From assembly GCA_047973385.1 (NCBI GenBank), contig JBKEBX010000012.1:140269-204268 (forward strand): a stretch of DNA of 64,000 nucleotides. Direction: 5' to 3'. Below, piece after piece: positions 1 to 9,457 of this stretch (its first letter is position 1; every line of letters starts with the position of its first letter). This stretch comes from Lachnospirales bacterium (GTDB taxonomy: Bacteria > Bacillota > Clostridia > Lachnospirales > CAMZNU01). The notes under the pieces were generated by a model, which was not told where the DNA came from, did not search any database, and saw only the letters and a program-made list of their open reading frames with translations. A program made the position numbers and the translations under genes.

Positions 1-588
1 AATTCTCCAGCTAAAGTAATAAAACTTTGGTATGGTCCTGGTGTTCCACCACTAGATAGACGTGATGTTGTTTATAGAAAATATGAAGAAGAAGGTTTGA
101 TTGAAACAGTTGAGTTTATTGGTCCATCAACACTTGATGACGTACAAGGTGAAGTTACAACAAGAGTTGCAGCTGTTTTACCTAAATATGCAGAAGGTGA
201 AGTTGATGCTATGTGGGGTTCTTGGGATGAACTTGCCAAAGGTGGTTTAAATGCACTTAATGAAGCGAATAGAAAAGACATTAATTTAGTTTCAATTGAC
301 GTTTCTAACCAAGATATTAACTTTATGACAGAACCAGATAGTATTTGGAGTGCAACAGCAGCAGTTGACCCTACACTAATAGGTCAAGTTAATATGAGAA
401 TTCTTGCTAAGAAATTAAATGATGAAGAAACACCTGAAACTTATGACCTTGCAGCTCACTTAATTAAAGCTGAAGATTTATCAGAAGATACAACAATGGC
501 GAATTTAATTGATGTTGTACCTGGTTGGGGTGTAAGTGATGCGTTTAATGAACCATGGATGGACGAACTTAGAGAAGCTAACAAATAG
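1..588 (+). CDS. Sugar ABC transporter substrate-binding protein, C-terminal part (5' end lies upstream of the window)
   Basis: Frame 1 is open from base 1 (NSPAKVIKLWYGPG...) into the listed 97..588 ORF. The sequence is RbsB-like (type I periplasmic-binding fold). It sits directly before a matching ATPase and permease. Confidence 0.7.
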   Translation, partial: NSPAKVIKLWYGPGVPPLDRRDVVYRKYEEEGLIETVEFIGPSTLDDVQGEVTTRVAAVLPKYAEGEVDAMWGSWDELAKGGLNALNEANRKDINLVSIDVSNQDINFMTEPDSIWSATAAVDPTLIGQVNMRILAKKLNDEETPETYDLAAHLIKAEDLSEDTTMANLIDVVPGWGVSDAFNEPWMDELREANK

Positions 589-707
589 AAGTTAAGTTAG
601 CTAAACTACTTATAAATAACATAATGGGTATATTTGAGTTATTACTTACTGATTTTAAATATACCCATTTAATAACAGATAATATAAAAAAACAAGGGGG
701 TGTAGTG

Positions 708-2231
708 ATGACGGATAGTAAAAAATTTGATTTAGTAATGAAAAATATTTCTGTTGAGTTTCCCGGAGTAAAAGCTTTAGATAATGCGGAGTTTGAAATG
801 TGTAGAGGCGAAATTCAAGCTTTGATTGGAGCTAATGGTGCTGGTAAATCTACGCTTATGAAAGTTCTATCTGGAGTTAACTCTCATTATACTGGTGAAG
901 TATATTTAGATAATGAAATTATTAAATTAGATTCTCCTAAAGCTGCTAAATCTTATGGAATTGAGATAGTATATCAAGAAGTTGATACGGCTTTGATACC
1001 TTATTTCACAGTAGCTGAAAACATTTTGTTGAATAGCATTGTAAATAGTATGAGCAAAAAACAATTTGTAAATTGGAAAAGTATAAACACTAAGGCTAAA
1101 GAAACCTTAGATAGAATGAACGTGGATATAAATGTAAAAAAATTAGCTGGTGAGCTTTCTTTAGCAGAAAAACAAATGGTTCTTATAGCAAGGGCTGTAT
1201 GTGAGGAATGTAAGTATTTAATTTTAGATGAGCCGACAGCACCACTTAGCAACACTGAAACAAATGAATTGTTTAGAATTGTAAGAGATTTAGCTCAAAA
1301 TCATAATGTTGGCGTTGTATTTATTTCGCATAGAATTAATGAGCTGTTTGAAATATGCAAAGATATAACAATAATGAAAGACGGTAAGACGGTAGGCGTT
1401 AGAGAAATAGACGAGAATTTAACACAGAAAACTTTAGTTGAGCTTATGTTAGGTAGAAAACTAAATGATATGTATAATAAAATAGATATTGAAATTGGTG
1501 ATGTTTTACTAGAGGTGAAAGGACTAACTGAAAAGCAAAATACTGTGAAGAATATAGATTTAATTGTAAAAAAAGGTGAAATTGTTGGATTGTCTGGATT
1601 GGTTGGTGCTGGAAAAACAGAATTATGTAAAACCTTATTCGGTGCATTAAAGCATACAGAAGGTGATATTGTTTTAAATGGCAAGAAACTACAAATCAAT
1701 TCGCCCAATGATGCAGTTAAACAAGGCATGGCTCTTGTTCCAGAAGAACGAAGAAAAGAAGGGATTTTAGTAGGTGCTTCTGTCGTTAACAACTTATCAG
1801 TTGCAGCATTGTCGAAGTTCTCAAACAATTTTGGCTTTGTAAGTAAAAAAGATGAAAAAACTTCAGCTTTAAAATTGATAAAAGATATTGGTATAAAAAC
1901 ACCGAGTGAAAACCAACTTGTAAAGTATTTATCGGGGGGTAATCAACAAAAGGTTGCTGTTGGTAAATGGCTAGTTTCAGAAGCAGAAGTTTACATTTTT
2001 GATGAACCTACAAAGGGTGTTGATGTTGGTGCAAAAGAAGATATTTTTAATCTAATTGAAGAACTAGCAAAACAAGGTAAGGGAGTAATTTATGCGACTT
2101 GTGAATTTAGTGAAATATTAGGTATAACAGATAAAAGCTATGTTATGTATGATGGAGAAATAGTTAAAGAACTTGAAACATCAAAAACTAGCGAAGAGGA
2201 ATTATTGTATTATTCAACTGGAGGGAAGTGA
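708..2231 (+). CDS. Sugar ABC transporter ATP-binding protein with duplicated ATPase domains (RbsA/MglA type)
   Basis: Two Walker A motifs (GANGAGKST, GLVGAGKTE) and two signature motifs (LSLAEKQ, LSGGNQQK). Start moved to ATG 708, which follows the RBS AAGGGGG. Confidence 0.9.
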   Translation: MTDSKKFDLVMKNISVEFPGVKALDNAEFEMCRGEIQALIGANGAGKSTLMKVLSGVNSHYTGEVYLDNEIIKLDSPKAAKSYGIEIVYQEVDTALIPYFTVAENILLNSIVNSMSKKQFVNWKSINTKAKETLDRMNVDINVKKLAGELSLAEKQMVLIARAVCEECKYLILDEPTAPLSNTETNELFRIVRDLAQNHNVGVVFISHRINELFEICKDITIMKDGKTVGVREIDENLTQKTLVELMLGRKLNDMYNKIDIEIGDVLLEVKGLTEKQNTVKNIDLIVKKGEIVGLSGLVGAGKTELCKTLFGALKHTEGDIVLNGKKLQINSPNDAVKQGMALVPEERRKEGILVGASVVNNLSVAALSKFSNNFGFVSKKDEKTSALKLIKDIGIKTPSENQLVKYLSGGNQQKVAVGKWLVSEAEVYIFDEPTKGVDVGAKEDIFNLIEELAKQGKGVIYATCEFSEILGITDKSYVMYDGEIVKELETSKTSEEELLYYSTGGK

Positions 2232-2236
2232 TAAAA

Positions 2237-3214
2237 ATGTCAAATAATAAAATTAAGGGTTTTTTAGATTTTCTAAGTAAATGGGGTACAGTTATAACAC
2301 TGATACTTTTAATATTATTTTTTAGTGTAACTATGCCAGAAACTTTCTTTACAAAGAGTAATTTGATTACTATACTTAGAAGTATTTCTATTGTTACAGT
2401 AATTGCTATAGGTGTAACTATATCTTTGACAGTCAATGGATTTGATTTATCTGTTGGTTCAACAGCAACTTTTGGTGCATCTGTTGTTATGTCAATGTTT
2501 GTATGGCACAGCTTATCAACAGGGGTGTCTATTTTAATAACTATACTTTTAGTTAGTTTGATAGGTGTATTTAATGCATTTTTAATCACAAAATTACGTG
2601 TGCCGGATACATTAGCTACACTTGCAGCTATGTTTGTTTTTCAAGGTGTCGCTATGACTTATTCAGGTGGTGGTTCAATATCTGAAAACATGATTATGAA
2701 AAGTGGAGATATTGCAACAGGTGAAGTTCCAGACGCATTTCTAATGTTTGGTAAAGAACCGTGGATAATTATTATAATGTTAACGATTGTAATTTTAGTA
2801 CATATTTTCTTAACTTATACAAAACATGGTAGGTATATGTATACAGTGGGTGGAAATATAGAAGCTGCAAAGTTATCAGGAATAAATGTTAACAGATACA
2901 GAACTTTAGCTTATGTTTTATCAGCTGTTTTTGCAACAATTGGTGGTATGATGATTGTAGCTAGAATAGGTTCAGCACAAATTAACGCAGGGTCAGGTTA
3001 TTTGATGCCATCAGTTGCAGCTGCATATATAGGGTTCTCTTTTGCAGGTAGTGGTAAACCAAACGCAATTGGTACTTTGATAGGTGCATTTTTAGTTGGT
3101 GTTTTAGAAAATGGTTTAACAATGATGAGTGTGCCATATTACTCATTAGATATAGTTAAAGGTTTAGTTTTAGCTTTAGCACTTGCAAGTACATATTTTA
3201 GAAAGAAAGATTAG
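2237..3214 (+). CDS. Sugar ABC transporter permease (RbsC/BPD_transp_2 type)
   Basis: Polytopic hydrophobic protein of RbsC length, overlapping the ATPase stop. Start chosen at ATG 2237 after GGAGGG. Confidence 0.85.
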   Translation: MSNNKIKGFLDFLSKWGTVITLILLILFFSVTMPETFFTKSNLITILRSISIVTVIAIGVTISLTVNGFDLSVGSTATFGASVVMSMFVWHSLSTGVSILITILLVSLIGVFNAFLITKLRVPDTLATLAAMFVFQGVAMTYSGGGSISENMIMKSGDIATGEVPDAFLMFGKEPWIIIIMLTIVILVHIFLTYTKHGRYMYTVGGNIEAAKLSGINVNRYRTLAYVLSAVFATIGGMMIVARIGSAQINAGSGYLMPSVAAAYIGFSFAGSGKPNAIGTLIGAFLVGVLENGLTMMSVPYYSLDIVKGLVLALALASTYFRKKD

Positions 3215-3227
3215 GGGGAATTGCATT

Positions 3228-4448
3228 ATGAGTAATTATGAAACTTACTTTTTAATGAAAGAAAACGAAGTAGCAGAATATATTAAGTCTAAACTTGATT
3301 ATTTTGATAAAGATGCAAAGTTATCTGTTAAAGAAATAGGTGATGGTAACTTAAATTATGTTTTTAAAGTTTGGGATGAAAACAACAAGTCTATAATTGT
3401 AAAACAAGCAGGTGGTGAAGCTAGAATTTCAGCAGATATAAAACTCTCTACGGATAGAACTAGAATAGAATCTGAGATTTTGATACTTCAAGACCAACAT
3501 GCTAAAGGGCTTGTACCTAAGCTATTCTTATATGATAATGTTATGGCAACTTGTATTATGGAAGATTTATCAGATCACAAAATTATGAGGAAAGCTTTAA
3601 TGGACCATGAGATTTTCCCAGAATTTGCTGAACATATTTCAACATTTATGGTTGAAACAACTTTAAAAACAACGGATATTTGTTTAGACCATAAAGTTAA
3701 AAAAGCATATGTAAAAAGCTTTATAAATCCAGAATTATGCGATATATCAGAAGATTTAGTATTTACAGAACCATACAACAATATGCGTAATCGTAACAAT
3801 GTTTATGAACCTATAAAAGATTTTGTTGAAAAAGAGTTGTATTCCGATGAAAAACTACATTTAGAAGTTGCAAAGTGTAAATTCGATTTTATGAATAATG
3901 CCCAAGCTTTAATACATGGTGATTTACATACAGGTTCAATATTTATAAAAGAAAATTCAACAAAGGTTTTCGACCCAGAGTTTGCTTTCTTTGGTCCAAT
4001 TGGCTATGATGTAGGTAATGTTGTTGCAAATCTTATTTTTGCTTGGAATAATGGTAGGGCAGAAATAGAAGATGAAGCTAAGGAAAAAGAGTTTACAAAA
4101 TGGGTTGAAAGTGCAATAGCAGATACAATTGATTTATTTATAGAAAAATTCAATATAGTGTTTGATGAAAATGTAACCGACCCAATGGCAAAAACTAAAG
4201 GTTTTAAAGAATGGTATATAGATAGTATCTTAAGAGATACAGCAAGTGTTGCAGGACTCGAATTGATAAGAAGAATGGTAGGTCTTGCTAACGTTATAGA
4301 TATTACATCTATCAAAGATGAAAACAAAAGAGTTGTTGCTTCAAAAACTTGTATTTTAGTAGCTAAAGAATTTATTTTCAATAGAAATTCATATAAAACA
4401 GGGCAAAGTTTTGTAAATGCTATTCATGATGTTTATGATAAATTTTAG
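3228..4448 (+). CDS. mtnK: 5-methylthioribose / 5-deoxyribose kinase (MtnK/DrdK family)
   Basis: Translation has the N-terminal [14 protein letters not shown] nucleotide loop, [11 protein letters not shown] and the ~400-aa length typical of MtnK. Start at ATG 3228 after AGGGGGA. Confidence 0.85.
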   Translation: MSNYETYFLMKENEVAEYIKSKLDYFDKDAKLSVKEIGDGNLNYVFKVWDENNKSIIVKQAGGEARISADIKLSTDRTRIESEILILQDQHAKGLVPKLFLYDNVMATCIMEDLSDHKIMRKALMDHEIFPEFAEHISTFMVETTLKTTDICLDHKVKKAYVKSFINPELCDISEDLVFTEPYNNMRNRNNVYEPIKDFVEKELYSDEKLHLEVAKCKFDFMNNAQALIHGDLHTGSIFIKENSTKVFDPEFAFFGPIGYDVGNVVANLIFAWNNGRAEIEDEAKEKEFTKWVESAIADTIDLFIEKFNIVFDENVTDPMAKTKGFKEWYIDSILRDTASVAGLELIRRMVGLANVIDITSIKDENKRVVASKTCILVAKEFIFNRNSYKTGQSFVNAIHDVYDKF

Positions 4449-4459
4449 GAGGACTTGTA

Positions 4460-5542
4460 ATGAGCGAAACAAAAATGAATTTTGAAACTGTTACTTTAGA
4501 AAATGATGAGTTAGTAATTATTAATCAAACAAAGTTACCATATGATATAGAAATTTTAAGACTTGTAGACCAAAAAGATATTTGGAATGCAATTTATAGA
4601 CTGGAAGTGCGTGGTGCTCCTGCTATTGGTATAGCTGGTGCTATCGGTGCATATCTAGGTGCTAAAGAAATTGACACAGAAGATTTCGATACTTTTTATA
4701 GTGAGTTTGTAAAAATAAAAGATAAACTAGATTCTGCTAGACCTACGGCAGTAAATTTATCTTGGGCTTTAAAAATAATGGAAAAAGTTGTTTTAGATAA
4801 TAAAGATAAAAGTACTTCTGAAATAAAAGAGCTTTTAAAGTTGAAGTGTATAGAAATAAAAGAAGAAGATACTTGGGTTTGTAAAACTATTGGTGAGTTT
4901 GGTTTAAGTCTTGTAGAAAAAAATGCGGGACTTTTAACACATTGTAATGCAGGCAGTCTAGCAACTTCTAAATACGGTACTGCCACAGCTCCTATGTATT
5001 TAGGACAAGAACGTGGATACAATTTTAAAGTGTTTGCAGACGAAACAAGACCTTTGCTACAAGGTGCCAGACTTACAGCTTTCGAATTGTTCTCAGCAGG
5101 TTTGGATGTTACTGTTATTTGTGATAACATGGCATCAATTGTAATGAAAAAAGGTTTAGTTGATGCTATCTTTGTTGGTTGTGATAGAGTAGCTAGAAAT
5201 GGTGATACGGCAAATAAAATCGGTACGTCAGGAGTTGCTATACTTGCAAAACATTATGGCATACCAGTTTATATATGTGCTCCAACATCTACGATTGATA
5301 TGGACTGTAAAACAGGTGATGATATTGAAATAGAAGAAAGACCAGGAGAAGAGATAACAGAAATGTGGTATAAAGAAAGAATGGCACCAAAAGGTGTTAA
5401 AACTTTTAACCCCGCATTTGATGTTACTGACAATGATTGTATTGCTGCTATAATTACTGAATATGGAATTGCAAGAGCACCTTTTGAACAATCATTTGAA
5501 GAAATATTTAAAAAGAAAGAAGAAGCTAAAAAAAATAAGTAG
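4460..5542 (+). CDS. mtnA: Methylthioribose-1-phosphate / 5-deoxyribose-1-phosphate isomerase (MtnA/DrdI, eIF-2B-related family)
   Basis: Contains [23 protein letters not shown] and [17 protein letters not shown], which are typical MtnA motifs. Confidence 0.85.
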   Translation: MSETKMNFETVTLENDELVIINQTKLPYDIEILRLVDQKDIWNAIYRLEVRGAPAIGIAGAIGAYLGAKEIDTEDFDTFYSEFVKIKDKLDSARPTAVNLSWALKIMEKVVLDNKDKSTSEIKELLKLKCIEIKEEDTWVCKTIGEFGLSLVEKNAGLLTHCNAGSLATSKYGTATAPMYLGQERGYNFKVFADETRPLLQGARLTAFELFSAGLDVTVICDNMASIVMKKGLVDAIFVGCDRVARNGDTANKIGTSGVAILAKHYGIPVYICAPTSTIDMDCKTGDDIEIEERPGEEITEMWYKERMAPKGVKTFNPAFDVTDNDCIAAIITEYGIARAPFEQSFEEIFKKKEEAKKNK

Positions 5543-5559
5543 GACTTCGGAGGAAAGAT

Positions 5560-6393
5560 ATGCTAGATATAAAAAAAGTGCATTATCCAACTGACTATGA
5601 AGCTAAGAAAAATATAATAGAAGTTGGTCGAAGAATGTACAATAAAGGCTTTGTTGCTGCAAATGATGGTAACATAAGCTGTAAAGTAGCAAAAGATGTT
5701 TTTTGGACAACACCAACAGGCGTTTCAAAAGGATTTATGAATAATAACATGCTAGTTAAAATGAAACTTGATGGTACTGTTCTATCAGGAACACATAAGC
5801 CGTCTTCAGAAGTTAAAATGCATATGAGAGTATATGAAGAAAATCCAAATGTTACAGCTGTTGTACACGCTCATCCACCTATAGCAACTTCTTTTGCAAT
5901 TGCAGGAATAAGTCTTGATAAGGCTATTTTACCTGAAGCTGTTGTAAATCTAGGTTCTGTGCCTGTTGCAAAATATGCAACTCCAGGTAGCCATGATGTA
6001 CCTGATTCAATCGCACCATACTGCAATAGCCATAATGCAGTTTTACTTGCAAATCATGGAGCTTTAGCTTGGGGGAAAGAATTGTTTGAAGCTTATTTTA
6101 GACTTGAATCCTTAGAATATTATGCAAATGTTTTAATGTACACAGGTAGGATTATAGGTCGTGCCAACGAACTTAGTTGTAATCAAGTCGAAGAACTTAT
6201 TGAAATTAGAACTAAGCTTGGTATTTCTAGTGGTGGAATACCACCTTGTGCACTTATAGCTAGTAATACGGAAGATGTAACAAGCTCAAAGGACATTGGT
6301 ACATGTAAATCAAAATGTAAATCTGATGAAATGTCAGCTATAACTGAACTTGTTACTAAAAAAGTAATTGAGGCTTTAAGTAATGAAAAATAG
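5560..6393 (+). CDS. Class II (metal-dependent) aldolase, probable 5-(methylthio/deoxy)ribulose-1-phosphate aldolase, with a ~60-aa C-terminal extension
   Basis: Has GNIS and TPTG phosphate motifs, the catalytic Glu (SSEVKMH), the H-x-H metal ligands (VVHAHPP) and the third His (LLANHGALAWG). The extra tail ends in the amphipathic helix MSAITELVTKKVIEALS. Confidence 0.75.
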   Translation: MLDIKKVHYPTDYEAKKNIIEVGRRMYNKGFVAANDGNISCKVAKDVFWTTPTGVSKGFMNNNMLVKMKLDGTVLSGTHKPSSEVKMHMRVYEENPNVTAVVHAHPPIATSFAIAGISLDKAILPEAVVNLGSVPVAKYATPGSHDVPDSIAPYCNSHNAVLLANHGALAWGKELFEAYFRLESLEYYANVLMYTGRIIGRANELSCNQVEELIEIRTKLGISSGGIPPCALIASNTEDVTSSKDIGTCKSKCKSDEMSAITELVTKKVIEALSNEK

Positions 6394-6437
6394 ATAGATA
6401 AAAAACAGTGTGTCTAAATAATGCAGAGGTGAAAATC

Positions 6438-6755
6438 ATGGCAGTTGGTTTTTTAGAAACGGCAGGTTATGGAGTTGCCATAGTTAGTATTGATAAAGCT
6501 TGTAAAGGGGCAAATGTTGAAATATTAGGCATTGATACTATAAATCCTAAAGATAAAAATGGGTTTATACCTTTATCTGTACAAGTTAAGTTTTCAGGTG
6601 AAATTTCTGAAGTTAAAATAGCTTTGGAAATAGCTAAGACTGAGGCTTTAAAGTATAACAAAGAAAATGAAATTGTTGCAAGGCTTATTGGTGATGCAAG
6701 TTCTCAAACTATTGAAATTTGTAAAATAAGCAAAGTGAGAATTAATCAGAGGTGA
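6438..6755 (+). CDS. Divergent BMC-H shell protein (single BMC domain, non-canonical pore loop)
   Basis: MAVGFLETAGYGVAIVSIDKACKGANVEI has BMC-domain topology. The canonical KIGSG loop is replaced by INPKDKNGFIPLS. Start at ATG 6438 after AGAGGTG. Confidence 0.7.
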   Translation: MAVGFLETAGYGVAIVSIDKACKGANVEILGIDTINPKDKNGFIPLSVQVKFSGEISEVKIALEIAKTEALKYNKENEIVARLIGDASSQTIEICKISKVRINQR

Positions 6756-6758
6756 TTT

Positions 6759-7031
6759 ATGGCATTAGGATTCATAGAAGCGATAGGGTTAACGGCATCA
6801 GTAGAAGCAGTCGACGCTATGATAAAAGCGGCAGATGTTGAGTTTATAGGTACAGAAAAAATAGGGTCTGGACTTGTTAGTGTTGTTGTAAAAGGCGAAG
6901 TTAGTGCAGTAGAGATAGCTGTGGAAGTTGGTTGTAAGGTTGTAGAAAATATAGGCGAGTTAGTAGCTTATAACGTTATGTCAAAGCCTGAGGATGTTAT
7001 AGAAAGTATTTTCAAAAATGGTAGTCTATGA
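6759..7031 (+). CDS. BMC-H shell protein (PduA/EutM-like hexamer)
   Basis: [51 protein letters not shown] matches the canonical PF00936-type pattern. Confidence 0.9.
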   Translation: MALGFIEAIGLTASVEAVDAMIKAADVEFIGTEKIGSGLVSVVVKGEVSAVEIAVEVGCKVVENIGELVAYNVMSKPEDVIESIFKNGSL

Positions 7032-7321
7032 TGAAAGAAAATTACAGTGCAATTGGCATTATTGATGTTAGTGCTTTTGTAAATGCAATTATAGTTATAG
7101 ATGAAGTTTTAAAATCCTCAAAGGTTGAAATAGTGTCTTGTGAAAAAAGACTTGGTGGTCGTCTAGTTACTATAATTATAGTAGGAAGCGTCTCTGATGT
7201 GAAATCGGGCATTGATGTAGCAAGAGCATCAAAGAAAACAATCGGAGAAAACAACCTGAAATTAGCAGAAGTTATATCCAATCCACATAGTGAAATTTTA
7301 AAAGTATTTAACTTAATTTAA
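7028..7321 (+). CDS. Divergent BMC-H shell protein with a basic pore loop
   Basis: BMC-domain pattern IGIIDVSAFVNAIIVIDEVLKSSKVEIV...RLGGRLVTIIIVGSVSDVKSGI. Start overlaps the previous stop (ATGA). Confidence 0.65.
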   Translation: MMKENYSAIGIIDVSAFVNAIIVIDEVLKSSKVEIVSCEKRLGGRLVTIIIVGSVSDVKSGIDVARASKKTIGENNLKLAEVISNPHSEILKVFNLI

Positions 7322-7351
7322 TATATTAAAATAATAGGAGGAACAAATTAT

Positions 7352-7624
7352 ATGAAAGCTATAGGAATGATTGAAACAAGAGGTTTAGTTGCAGCGATAG
7401 AAGCAGTTGATGCCATGTTAAAATCAGCAGATGTAGAGTTTGTTGGTACAGAGAAAATAGGCTCTGGACTTGTGACAGTAACAGTTCAAGGGGATGTTGG
7501 AGCAGTTAAAGCGGCAACAGAATCAGGTCAAGAAGCAGCTTCAAGACTTGGTGAAGTTATAGCAGTACACGTTATTCCACGTCCACACTTAGATGTTACA
7601 AAAATTATAGCGGCAATGAAGTAG
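7352..7624 (+). CDS. BMC-H shell protein (PduA/EutM-like hexamer)
   Basis: [55 protein letters not shown]...VHVIPRPH is the canonical sequence. Confidence 0.92.
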   Translation: MKAIGMIETRGLVAAIEAVDAMLKSADVEFVGTEKIGSGLVTVTVQGDVGAVKAATESGQEAASRLGEVIAVHVIPRPHLDVTKIIAAMK

Positions 7625-7633
7625 GTTGATGAT

Positions 7634-8287
7634 ATGGGAAATGAAGAGCTAGTTGAATACATATCCCAATTAGTCTTAAATGAACTTAAATCTTTAAACA
7701 ATGAAGCCGAACTTGTACCAGTAGGTGTATCGGCTAGACATGTGCATATTAGTGAAGAAGATTTTAAAGTATTGTTTGGCGAAAATGGTAAACTTACAGT
7801 TTATAAAGAGTTGTCACAGCCAAACCAATTTGCATCAGAACAAAAAGTTGATTTAGTTGGGAAAAAAGGAACTTTAAAAAATCTTAGAATTCTAGGACCT
7901 TTTAGAGATAAAACTCAAGTAGAGATTACTACTTCTGAATGTAGAATTTTAGGTTTTGAAAAAGTGCCAGTTAGGCAATCGGGTAATTTAAAAAATAGTT
8001 GTGGTGTAACCATAGTTGGACCATGTGGGAAAGTAACTTTAAAAGAGGGTGTTATAATTGCTGTTAGACATATACACGCTACAACAAAGGATGCTCTTAG
8101 GCTTGGGGTCAAAGACGGTGATGTTGTAGATGTAACTGTTGATGGTGATAAAGGCGGTGTTTTGTCAAATGTCATTGTTCGTGTAAATGATGCATATAAG
8201 CTAGAACTACACATTGATACTGATGATGCAAATGCTTTTAAAATTTTGAATGGGAAGAAGCTCAAGGTTGAGGTTGGAAAGAAGTAA
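7634..8287 (+). CDS. pduL: Phosphate acyltransferase PduL (phosphotransacylase)
   Basis: Two PduL repeats (GVSARHVHIS and AVRHIHAT) plus an N-terminal amphipathic helix, EELVEYISQLVLNELKSL. Confidence 0.88.
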   Translation: MGNEELVEYISQLVLNELKSLNNEAELVPVGVSARHVHISEEDFKVLFGENGKLTVYKELSQPNQFASEQKVDLVGKKGTLKNLRILGPFRDKTQVEITTSECRILGFEKVPVRQSGNLKNSCGVTIVGPCGKVTLKEGVIIAVRHIHATTKDALRLGVKDGDVVDVTVDGDKGGVLSNVIVRVNDAYKLELHIDTDDANAFKILNGKKLKVEVGKK

Positions 8288-8312
8288 TGTTAATTTGGGT
8301 AAGGAGGCAGTT

Positions 8313-9419
8313 ATGACTGATTTAAAAATTTTGGCTGTATCTGATCCTGCTGTTGATGTTTATGTAGATGATAAGTATGGTATTATCAAGGATTTTAACA
8401 TGGAAGATGTTAAAGTTTCATTTGATATAGTACCTTGGGCAGTTTATTCAACAAACCTTCAAAAATCTTTTGAAGGTTTGTTAGATTATGATATTGTTAT
8501 GATTGCAGGACATTTATGGTTAAAGGATTTTGTTGATAAGGGATATTTACATAGCTTTGAATATGATTTTTCTGATATTCCAAGTCGAATTGAAGAAGAA
8601 ATGAAAATAGATAATCAAACATTTTTATCACCATCTTTTTGTGATGGACATATGATTGTGTATAAAAAAGATTTGGTAAAAGATGATGTTAAAGAGATAT
8701 TAAATGTTGATGAGTACATAAAAATAGTTAAAAATATAGGAAAAAAAGGTAATACTAAGCCATTGGTTTTAAAAGGTCATGTTTCAGAGATTTTTTTAGA
8801 TGCACTTCCTTTTCTAAGAAGTAGCGATGAAAAAGATATTTTATATAAAGAAAAAGACAATGTTGTTTGTAATTTTGAGAATATGAAAGCAGGTTTAGAG
8901 AAATATCTAAGTTTGAAAACTTTTGCACATGAAAATAGTATCAATTTTGGTAACAATGAATTAATAGATGCTTTTTTAGAAAAAGATACTGCAATTTGCT
9001 CAATTTGGAGCGGACAGCTTGGTATCTTAAATTCAAAATATGAAAGTAAAGACAATTTAGGCTATGCTACTTTTGATACGGCTTGGAACGTTACTTGGTC
9101 TTTTGCGATAACAAAGAAGTGTAAAAATAAAAAGGTAGCTGAAAGTCTTTTAAGTTATTTAAGAGGAAAAGAGATAGATAAATTGGTAGGGGAATATTGT
9201 GGTTGTCCCATTAGAATAAGCAATTATAAAGAAAATTCTAAAGGATATGGTTGGTATGACCTACAATTAAAGATGATTGAAAATGCTAAACCAATTATTG
9301 ATTTATGTGATACAAGAGATAAACTTGACATAATTTATGGAGTAATTAATGAAACTTTCAAAGGCGATATAACAGTGGACGAAGCTATTGAAAAAGTCAA
9401 AAATAGCCAAAACGTTTAA
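8313..9419 (+). CDS. Leaderless homolog of ABC extracellular solute-binding protein (family 1, MalE-like fold); function unknown
   Basis: The overall pattern matches family-1 SBPs (LKILA..., DIVMIAGHLW, WNVTWSFAITKKCKNKKVAESLLSYL, C-terminal ITVDEAIEKV). There is no signal peptide or lipobox. Start at ATG 8313 after AAGGAGG; the listed 8250 start would overlap pduL. Confidence 0.55.
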   Translation: MTDLKILAVSDPAVDVYVDDKYGIIKDFNMEDVKVSFDIVPWAVYSTNLQKSFEGLLDYDIVMIAGHLWLKDFVDKGYLHSFEYDFSDIPSRIEEEMKIDNQTFLSPSFCDGHMIVYKKDLVKDDVKEILNVDEYIKIVKNIGKKGNTKPLVLKGHVSEIFLDALPFLRSSDEKDILYKEKDNVVCNFENMKAGLEKYLSLKTFAHENSINFGNNELIDAFLEKDTAICSIWSGQLGILNSKYESKDNLGYATFDTAWNVTWSFAITKKCKNKKVAESLLSYLRGKEIDKLVGEYCGCPIRISNYKENSKGYGWYDLQLKMIENAKPIIDLCDTRDKLDIIYGVINETFKGDITVDEAIEKVKNSQNV

Positions 9420-9457
9420 TGTTTTAAACATGCAATTTTAAAGGTGGTGAATGGTTT

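Noticed and set aside
1301-1828. Long antisense ORFs inside well-supported genes (for example 1301..1828, 4004..4381, 4696..5130, 7915..8265, 26828..27343, 40235..40753, 54285..54815 and 57880..58239)
   Set aside because: They lie fully opposite conserved, motif-bearing genes. Their composition is low-complexity Ser/Leu/Phe/Ile-rich, as expected from antisense reading of AT-rich coding DNA, and they have no RBS. I treat them as spurious.
5560-6393. Reading the MtnK/MtnA/class II aldolase-fold trio as the start of the classical methionine salvage pathway, with the third gene as the MtnB dehydratase
   Set aside because: No enolase-phosphatase, MtnW/X or dioxygenase genes follow. The genes are instead fused into an operon with an aldehyde-processing BMC core, and that only makes sense if an aldehyde is released. 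MtnB and aldolases cannot be separated by eye, so this remains a caveat rather than a disproof.
8250-8312. The listed upstream start (8250) for the SBP-like ORF
   Set aside because: It overlaps the 3' end of pduL, encodes a non-hydrophobic Arg/Ser-rich stretch and lacks an RBS. ATG 8313 has a perfect AAGGAGG.
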